This document shows, piece by piece, positions 57,500 to 64,000 of a stretch of DNA of 64,000 bases. The DNA is from an uncultured Collinsella sp. (lineage in GTDB: Bacteria > Actinomycetota > Coriobacteriia > Coriobacteriales > Coriobacteriaceae). The notes under the pieces are model-generated. The model was not told where the DNA came from. It searched no databases and saw only the letters and a list, made by a program, of their open reading frames with translations. The stretch's first letter is position 1. Every line of letters starts with the position of its first letter. The position numbers and the translations under genes were made by a program. The DNA lies in NCBI GenBank assembly GCA_958429025.1, contig CAUAIH010000009.1:2665-66664 (forward strand), written 5' to 3'.

Positions 57500-57961
57500 C
57501 AACTTATAGGAGCGTCGGTTTTGAAACCGTTTTGAAATGCTTTGGCAAAAGATCGGATCTTTTCCTATGTCTAAACAACGCAGGGCGGCTAAAAATAGCG
57601 TGTAGAAAAATTGCAGGTCATTGTGAAGATATGTGAATTGGTCTTTTTGACTTAATACCAGTTAGAACCAGTTTTGAGATTATCGGTGAACGGTAGTTTT
57701 CGACCGTTCACCGGTTACTTGCAATCGTTTGCAGTTGTTTTCCCAGATGAATTAGGGAAACCCGATGAAGCACTTGTGCGATCACGGGAAGTTTTGGCAT
57801 TTGTCCTCATCCCCCGCGCGCCAAACTCCGGCATCCAAAATGAGCCATAGCTCTCGCTATTCGTTTTCAATCATTACTTGCTCAGTATCCGTAATTATTT
57901 ATCGTTTATCGTTAATTCTGATATGATACAAGTATCATCCAAAACGCCGATTGGAGGGGTT

Positions 57962-58600
57962 ATGGTCCATCGAAACGCGTCTATATCGAATGAAACCATC
58001 AGCCGCGAACAGACGGTAGCCAAACTGAGAAAGCTCGCTCGCATCTGCAAATGGGCCACGATCTGCATTACCACCGCGCTCGCTCTGGGGCTCCTCGCAG
58101 TCATTGCGATTGACCTTCTACTCATATTGCCTGGCCTCTCCCAAGGGTCGTGCCTCCAATCCGTAGAACTTCAAGCCGGCGAAGGGCCATCCCTTGCTAT
58201 CGTCGGTACCGATGCGCAGGCCCCACTTATGCTCGTCGCACACGATGGCCACACTGCCATAGGGAGCCTCTTGATGACATGCCTCGCGCTTACCATCGCG
58301 ATAAGCGTGCGCAGGCTTTTCTTCAACATTGAAAAGGAAGGCAGGCCCTTTGACCTTGAATGTAACCAGACACTTCGTCGAGTAGGACATTTATTCCTTA
58401 TCGGCGGCGTTGCCGTGAGGCTTCTTGGTGCCGTAATCACGGGAATGATACTCTCAGGATTTGGCGGCAGCTTTACGGATGCGTTCGCCGGCCAGTTATT
58501 CGAGCCCTCCATGCTCTTTGCAGGCCTGATTATTTGCCTGATTGCCAGCATCTTCCGCTACGGGTATATCCTGCAAAAACAAGATGACGAGTTGCTCTAG
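57962..58600 (+). CDS. DUF2975-like membrane protein
   Basis: About four TM helices, 'GRPF', C-terminal 'IFRYGYILQKQDDELL'; followed by the typical HTH partner gene. Confidence 0.8.
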   Translation: MVHRNASISNETISREQTVAKLRKLARICKWATICITTALALGLLAVIAIDLLLILPGLSQGSCLQSVELQAGEGPSLAIVGTDAQAPLMLVAHDGHTAIGSLLMTCLALTIAISVRRLFFNIEKEGRPFDLECNQTLRRVGHLFLIGGVAVRLLGAVITGMILSGFGGSFTDAFAGQLFEPSMLFAGLIICLIASIFRYGYILQKQDDELL

Positions 58601-58609
58601 GGGGAATCC

Positions 58610-58849
58610 ATGATTATTCTGCGGCTTGACCGCATGCTCGCCGAACGCAAGATCTCATCCAAAGAGCTTGCGGAACGCGTGGACATCTCCCAGGTCAATA
58701 TGTCACGCATTAAGACGGGCAAGGTTTCTGCCATACGTTTTTCAACTCTTGACGCGATATGCCGGGCACTCGACTGCCAACCGGGCGATGTGCTGGAATA
58801 TATGCCTGACGATGAAGCCGATAATCTTTTTGGACTTAAAGATTCATAG
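58610..58849 (+). CDS. Cro/C1-type HTH regulator (YozG-like)
   Basis: 'LRLDRMLAERKISSKELAERVDISQVNMSRIKTGKVSAIRFSTLDAICRALDCQPGDVLEY'. Confidence 0.92.
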   Translation: MIILRLDRMLAERKISSKELAERVDISQVNMSRIKTGKVSAIRFSTLDAICRALDCQPGDVLEYMPDDEADNLFGLKDS

Positions 58850-58879
58850 GCATAATTTAGCCACCAGCGCCTAAACGCA

Positions 58880-58918
58880 AATAGCCCGCTAGAACAACAT
58901 CCGTTCTAGCGGGCTATT
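58880..58918. terminator. Bidirectional terminator-like hairpin between convergent genes
   Basis: AATAGCCCGCTAGAAC / GTTCTAGCGGGCTATT. Confidence 0.72.
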
Positions 58919-58957
58919 CAGATATTTCAGCTACGTGCTCGGCGGCTCGGACGGCCC

Positions 58958-60043
58958 TTACGCAAACAGACCGTAGATGCTGATGTTGGCCTTGGCGTAG
59001 AGGCCGTTGGCATACTCGGTCCACTTGGAGCTGGCGCTCGAAGCCTGCGAGGAATACTGCTGGTAGGCGGTGTAATAGGCGGTCATGGCCTGCTTGTAGG
59101 TGGCGCTATCGGCCGTAAAGGCATCGTCAGCGAAGGCCTTAGCGTAGGTGCTATCGGCGTCCTTCCAGGTGCCCTTTTCGCTATCCCACTCGTCGCCGGC
59201 AAGTTTGATGATGTAGTCGGCGTAGTCCTTGCTCGCGGTCTCCTCGTTGCCGTCAGCAGGCTCAGTCGGGGCGGTCGGCATGCTTGCGGAGCTATCGCCC
59301 ACCTTCTTCTTGTAGAGCTTCTGCAGCGTCGCGGACTGACGGACGATCTGCTTGGCCTGGTCCTTGGACACGCCGTACTGCGTGGCCATGGTCTTGTAGT
59401 CGGAGGTGCCGATGGAATCCTCAGCGTACTTCTTCATTTCCTTGGAAGAAACGGTAATGCCCTCGTCCTCGGCAGCATCGAGCAGAATCTTGTTGCGCAC
59501 GTAGGACAGGATGACGTCGGCAGACGGAGCGGTGTAGTTGCCATCGCCATCCTTGACGGTGTCGAGGCTGTACTGGCTCTCGATGGCCTCGCGCGCGGTG
59601 ATGTCGCTCTTCTTGCCGTTGTAGCTGTAGCTTGCCACGGTCGAATCGAGCTGGTCCTCAGTGAGGGTCGCCGAGCCGACGCCCTTGCCGCCAAAACCAC
59701 CGTTGCCGATAAAGAAGCCGACCACCGCAGCGATCACGACGGCAACCACAAAGGCGGCAATCATCGTCTTCTTGTGCTTGGATGCATGGTCGTCCGCGTC
59801 GGAGTCGTCGTCCTCGTCCTGTTCCTCGGGCATGAGGTTCTCGTCGGCGGCATCCGCGGCAATCTGAGCCTCCAGGCGAGCGTCCTCCTCCTCGGCCGTC
59901 GTACCGGCAGCAATGTGCTCGGCAGACGTACCGGCGACCAGATCGATCTTCTCGTCCTCGTCACCGTCGGGGCCTTCGCCGCGCTCGATGATCTGGATGC
60001 CGTCGATCTCGTCCTTCTCGTCCTTCTTTTGAATCAGACCCAT
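58958..60043 (-). CDS. Membrane-anchored protein, possibly SurA/PrsA N-domain-like chaperone
   Basis: Acidic N-terminus, one TM helix, helical domain 'RNKILLDAAEDEGITVSSKE'. Confidence 0.6.
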   Translation of the reverse strand: MGLIQKKDEKDEIDGIQIIERGEGPDGDEDEKIDLVAGTSAEHIAAGTTAEEEDARLEAQIAADAADENLMPEEQDEDDDSDADDHASKHKKTMIAAFVVAVVIAAVVGFFIGNGGFGGKGVGSATLTEDQLDSTVASYSYNGKKSDITAREAIESQYSLDTVKDGDGNYTAPSADVILSYVRNKILLDAAEDEGITVSSKEMKKYAEDSIGTSDYKTMATQYGVSKDQAKQIVRQSATLQKLYKKKVGDSSASMPTAPTEPADGNEETASKDYADYIIKLAGDEWDSEKGTWKDADSTYAKAFADDAFTADSATYKQAMTAYYTAYQQYSSQASSASSKWTEYANGLYAKANISIYGLFA

Positions 60044-60169
60044 ATCAGTTACTCCTTGTTAGGAAACATAGTCCGCAATAGAATACGCCCGACAGAGCGC
60101 CGGGCGTATTGATTCTCAGGTTATACGCAAACACTTAAGTACTATTTAGGCGTTTGCAGTGTGCCTGCC

Positions 60170-61255
60170 TTAGGCCAGGTGAGCGATAACGGCGTCGGCA
60201 AAGGCCTGCGTGCCCACAGCGCCCTCAACGGAGCCGGTCTGGGCACGACGCACGTCGCCGGTAACCTGCTCGCCTTCGTCGAGCGTGGCGGATACGGCGG
60301 CGCGAATGCGATTGGCAGCGTCGTTCTCGCCCAGGTGATCGAGCATCATCGCAGCAGAGAGGATCTCGGCCGTGGGGTTGGCGATATCCTGGCCGGCGAT
60401 ATCGGGCGCGGAGCCGTGCGTAGCCTCGAAAATGGCGCAGTCGGCACCGATGTTGGAGCCGGGGGCCATCCCTAAACCGCCCACGAGGCCGGCGCACAGG
60501 TCGCTCACGATGTCGCCGTACAGGTTGGGCAGCACCAGGACATCGAAGTCGTTGGGGTTCTGGACCAGGCCCATGCAGGTGGCGTCGACGATCTTGTCGT
60601 TGAACTCGATATCGGGATAGTTGGCGGCCACCTCGCGCGCAACGCGCAGGAACAGACCATCGGTCGCCTTCATGATGTTGGCCTTATGCACGGCCGTCAC
60701 CTTTTTGCGGCCGCAGCGGCGGGCGTACTCAAAGGCGTACTCCACAATACGGCGGCTCTTGGCGATGGAAATCGGCTTAATTGAGATGGCGGAATCCGCG
60801 GCGAAGGTCTTCTGACCCGAGCGCTCGACGAGCTGCGAGAGCTCCTCGACCTCGGCAGCGCCCTCATCGAACTCGATGCCGGCGTAGAGGTCCTCGGTGT
60901 TCTCGCGCACGATGACCAGGTCGACGTCGCGGAAGCGCGAGCCGTCGCCCGGCTGCGACAGGCAAGGGCGCACGCAGGCATACAGGTCGAAGTGCTTTCG
61001 CAGGGCCACATTGACGCTGCGGAAACCCGTACCGACCGGCGTGGTGATGGGGCCCTTGATGGCAACCTTGGTCTCGGCGACCGCGTCGAGCACGTGCTGA
61101 GGCAGCGGCGTGCCAAACTCGTCCATGACGCCGGCGCCGGCCTCCTGGACGTTCCAGTTGATCTGGACACCGGTGGCCTCGACCACGCGGCGCATGGCCT
61201 GCGTAATCTCGGGACCGATACCGTCACCGGGAATCAGGACTACATCGTGCGCCAT
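60170..61255 (-). CDS. Isocitrate/isopropylmalate dehydrogenase family protein
   Basis: '[10 protein letters not shown]', 'KGPITTPVG', 'RENTEDLY', 'VHKANIMK', 'NLYGDIVSD', '[12 protein letters not shown]'. Confidence 0.93.
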   Translation of the reverse strand: MAHDVVLIPGDGIGPEITQAMRRVVEATGVQINWNVQEAGAGVMDEFGTPLPQHVLDAVAETKVAIKGPITTPVGTGFRSVNVALRKHFDLYACVRPCLSQPGDGSRFRDVDLVIVRENTEDLYAGIEFDEGAAEVEELSQLVERSGQKTFAADSAISIKPISIAKSRRIVEYAFEYARRCGRKKVTAVHKANIMKATDGLFLRVAREVAANYPDIEFNDKIVDATCMGLVQNPNDFDVLVLPNLYGDIVSDLCAGLVGGLGMAPGSNIGADCAIFEATHGSAPDIAGQDIANPTAEILSAAMMLDHLGENDAANRIRAAVSATLDEGEQVTGDVRRAQTGSVEGAVGTQAFADAVIAHLA

Positions 61256-61261
61256 AATCTG

Positions 61262-61960
61262 TTACTCCTCGTTTTCGGCGTCGTCAGATTTTTTAACGCT
61301 AGCACGCTTCTTCTTTTTGGAGAGATCAAGGTCAAAGCGTTTAACAAGCATTTCGCAAATCTCGCTCGAACGGGCTTTGAGATAGCTGCCCTTGCCGTTC
61401 TCGGCGTCGAACTTAAGGCGCAGCGCGAGCTTCTCGGCGACCTCGGCGTCAATCTCGCCCTGGCCAAACTCGTACAGGCAACCGAGCATGTCGCGATACT
61501 CGAGGTCGCCGTGGTAGCACTGGATGGCCTCGTCCAGGATGGGCCAAGCCTCGCGCGAACGCTCGACGCTCGTGGCGCCCCACACGCACAGCAGGCGGAA
61601 GGCAGCATAGCGCAGCGTGGAGGAGATCTCGTCGAACAGTGCGGTCTCGGCACCCTCAAAGGCATCGCCCAGCTGCTCGGGGCAGGTGGTGGCGAGCGCC
61701 GTCAGGGCATCGAGGGCCTCCCAGCGGGTCTGAGCCTCGGGGCGGTCGAGCGCCTCGATCAGCGCGGGCACGCAGGGCACGACGCGCTGCGGATCGCGCT
61801 CGGCAAGCAGGTGCAGCACGCGGGCGGCAAACTGGCGGATGCGGCGCGTGGGGCAGCCGAGTTCCTTGACCAGACGGTCGACGGCGTTCTCGTTCTCCTC
61901 TGCCAGCTGAAGCTGTGCCAGCTCCTCGTCGGTGAGCTGTTCGTCTTTGTTTTCTGCCAT
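61262..61960 (-). CDS. HEAT-repeat-like hypothetical protein
   Basis: Helical repeats such as 'VPALIEALDRPEAQTRWEALDAL'. Confidence 0.72.
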   Translation of the reverse strand: MAENKDEQLTDEELAQLQLAEENENAVDRLVKELGCPTRRIRQFAARVLHLLAERDPQRVVPCVPALIEALDRPEAQTRWEALDALTALATTCPEQLGDAFEGAETALFDEISSTLRYAAFRLLCVWGATSVERSREAWPILDEAIQCYHGDLEYRDMLGCLYEFGQGEIDAEVAEKLALRLKFDAENGKGSYLKARSSEICEMLVKRFDLDLSKKKKRASVKKSDDAENEE

Positions 61961-61975
61961 AGTTACCTCTTCTTA

Positions 61976-62404
61976 CTATTTCTTAGCGTGCTTGCCAGCA
62001 CCCTTGCTGTCATCGGTGACCGAGATGAGCTGTCGATCGGCCGCGCCATTGCGACGCGCACGGCGGCGTTCCTCGGCGTCGCCCGCGTCGGCGGCGGCAC
62101 GGTGAGCCTTGTTGACGTTAAAGACCTCGTCGTGCTTGCGCCACGGACCGACGGACTCGCCAAAGCTCATCTTAAGGCCGGCGATAAAGCCGCCGAGCCA
62201 GCCGATCGGCGCAAACTGCACCAGCGGGAACAGTGAGAACACCCAGGTCAGCAGGACGACTGCCGCCGCTCCCGCAAAGTTGGCAATCCAGTAGTCGCGC
62301 TTGGTGATGACACGCTTTTCGCACGCCCACTGGCCGCACAAAAAGCCAATGTAGATCGCAAAGAGAAAGAGCACCAGCGCAAGCACCACGAACGTCCAGC
62401 TCAT
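61976..62404 (-). CDS. Hypothetical membrane protein
   Basis: Hydrophobic helices; sits in the co-oriented gene run. Start MSWTF at 62404. Confidence 0.7.
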   Translation of the reverse strand: MSWTFVVLALVLFLFAIYIGFLCGQWACEKRVITKRDYWIANFAGAAAVVLLTWVFSLFPLVQFAPIGWLGGFIAGLKMSFGESVGPWRKHDEVFNVNKAHRAAADAGDAEERRRARRNGAADRQLISVTDDSKGAGKHAKK

Positions 62405-62409
62405 GGGCG

Positions 62410-63489
62410 CTACTCCCCGTGATGGTGGCCGCAGCAGCACTCGTGGCCGTCATCATGGCCGTGGCCGCCGCAGTACTCGTGGCCCTCGTCGTGGTGGTGG
62501 CCACAACCGCACTCGTGATCGTCGCCATGCTCGCCGCAACCGCAGCCGTCCTCGTGAGCGCCATGCTCCTCGGGACGATACTGCGACCAGTCCAGACCGG
62601 CGGCGATGGCGTCGGCCTCCTCCTTATAGAGGACCGTGACGGCCTGGGTACCCAGCTTGGCACCACCGATGGCGTCGAGCATGTCGTAGAGCGTAAAGGC
62701 CACGTCGGCACCGGGCAGCGCAAGCTCGCGGTCGTCGGCATAGGCGAGCGCCAAGCGCAGGTCCTTGATAAAGTGCTCGACCATAAAGCCGGGCTTGTAG
62801 TCGCCGTCGAGCGCCTTGGGAGCCAGGCTCTCCATGGCGCCGGACTTGCCGGTGCCGCCCAGGATCATCTGGCGGGTCTTCTCCAGGTCAAGGCCGCTCA
62901 ACTCGGCAAATGCCATGGCGTCTGCCATGCCGACCATGCAGGCGCCCAGCGACACCTGGTTGGCGAGCTTGGCAGCCTGGCCCTTGCCAGCGCCGTCGAA
63001 GCAGCAGATGTTGGCCGCAAAGGTGGCAAGGATGTCGCGGACCGGCGCGATGTCGTTCTCGGTAGCGCCCACGATAGCCGTGAGCGTACCGGCGATAGCG
63101 CCCGACTCGCCGCCGGTGACGGGGCAGTCAAACGCCATGCGACCAGAAACCTGGGCGGCCTCGGCAATGTCACGGGCAAGCTCGGGCGAGCTCGTGGTGA
63201 GGTCGATCAAGACCGCGCCGGGCTTAGTGCACGAGAGCAGGCCGTCGCCCGCCAGGTAGAGTTCCTCGACCTCGGAGGGATAGCCCACCATGGTAAAGAC
63301 GACATCGGCGTTCGCCGCGGCATCGGCCGGCGTATCTGCCCAGACGGCGCCGCGCTCGATAAGCGCCGCCGCCTTGGACTTGGTGCGGTTGTTGACCGTG
63401 ACGGGATAGCCGGCGTCCAGAATGTGGCCGGCGATGGGGGCACCCATGATTCCGGTGCCAATGAATGCGACGGAGAGCTTGTTTGCCAT
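62410..63489 (-). CDS. NAD(P)-dependent oxidoreductase (3-hydroxyisobutyrate dehydrogenase family) with His/Cys-rich tail
   Basis: 'FIGTGIMG', 'DCPVTGG', 'KLANQ', 'FIKDL'. Confidence 0.92.
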   Translation of the reverse strand: MANKLSVAFIGTGIMGAPIAGHILDAGYPVTVNNRTKSKAAALIERGAVWADTPADAAANADVVFTMVGYPSEVEELYLAGDGLLSCTKPGAVLIDLTTSSPELARDIAEAAQVSGRMAFDCPVTGGESGAIAGTLTAIVGATENDIAPVRDILATFAANICCFDGAGKGQAAKLANQVSLGACMVGMADAMAFAELSGLDLEKTRQMILGGTGKSGAMESLAPKALDGDYKPGFMVEHFIKDLRLALAYADDRELALPGADVAFTLYDMLDAIGGAKLGTQAVTVLYKEEADAIAAGLDWSQYRPEEHGAHEDGCGCGEHGDDHECGCGHHHDEGHEYCGGHGHDDGHECCCGHHHGE

Positions 63490-63587
63490 GAAACCTTTCC
63501 TTTTGGGTTGGGTGTTGTTACCAGGTTGAATACTCGGTGCCAGCGTTTGGGCTGTGAGTCGAGGGCGATTACGGACGCAGCGCTTGC

Positions 63588-64000
63588 CTACTGACCGCGC
63601 ACGCGGCGGGCGATACGGTCGGAAAGCGACGCCTTGTCGGCGCGGTTCTTACCCCAAAACGCGCAGCCCACCATGCCGGGGCCCACGTGCGAGCCGATGG
63701 TGGGACCCACGGAGCCGCGAATGATCGTGACGTCGGCGCAACCCTCCTCCTTGCGGATGGCGGCTTCGAGCCAGTCACCATCCTTTTCGGCATCGGCCGT
63801 CATGATGGCGATGGGCATGGTGCGATCGGGCACGTAGTTCTCGCGGAACGACTTGAGGATGGACTTGAGCGCCTTCTTGCGGCCGCGGTTGACGCCGATC
63901 AGCGACAGCGAGCCGGCCAGGTCGTAGGAGAGCTCGGGCTTGACATCGAGCTTTGCCGTGAGCTGCGCCGCCGCGGGCGGAATGCGGCCGCCGGCAGCCA
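63588..64000 (-). CDS. DegV-family protein (C-terminal part; starts beyond the window end)
   Basis: 'LAAGGRI...LDVKPEL...RGRKKAL...GPTIGSHVGPG'. Confidence 0.88.
   Translation of the reverse strand, partial: AAGGRIPPAAAQLTAKLDVKPELSYDLAGSLSLIGVNRGRKKALKSILKSFRENYVPDRTMPIAIMTADAEKDGDWLEAAIRKEEGCADVTIIRGSVGPTIGSHVGPGMVGCAFWGKNRADKASLSDRIARRVRGQ

Larger units (their letters stand above)
55955..57516 (+). mobile_element. IS110-family insertion sequence; predicted TC core at 55955-55956 and 57515-57516
   Basis: IS110 recombinase gene, ~300-bp non-coding left end, short right end TTGACAACTTATAGGAGCGTC, no terminal inverted repeats, abrupt GC shift at both ends. Confidence 0.88.

Noticed and set aside
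55955..57502. 515-aa antisense ORF and 439-aa alternative-frame ORF over the IS110
   Set aside because: Shadow ORFs caused by high GC; no recognisable motifs.

Overview
High-GC bacterial chromosomal window. Gene content and style suggest a gut Coriobacteriia genome such as Collinsella (inference). About 47 kb (8.9-55.7 kb) is a galactose/lactose/N-acetylgalactosamine utilisation super-cluster. It contains Leloir genes (galK, galT, galM), a tagatose-6-P pathway (lacA, lacB, two lacC-lacX pairs, class II aldolase), one lacF, four paralogous lactose-type PTS EIICB genes (one with an in-frame amber stop), three lacG, four LacI, two DeoR and two GntR regulators, and an aga-type mannose-family PTS operon with agaS and nagA. 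Also present: tRNA-Thr(CGT), a Phd/ParE-RelE toxin-antitoxin pair, a BceAB-like ABC transporter, a NUDIX-Vsr fusion and a double-LuxR membrane regulator. Most notable: (1) a complete IS110 element whose non-coding left end has readable bridge-RNA-like target and donor guide segments and whose recombinase has an extra C-terminal HTH; (2) two integrase-free insertions, each leaving a diverged 3' remnant of the gene at the insertion site (deoR/lacR, nagA); (3) four arrays of an ~80-bp TGTAACA-N25-TGTTACA palindrome at module boundaries; (4) an unassigned ACCGYTYAC motif in tandem at exactly 21-bp spacing in seven sugar promoters; (5) four LacI paralogs with matching operator variants. All calls were made by eye from the sequence and ORF track; no searches were run.
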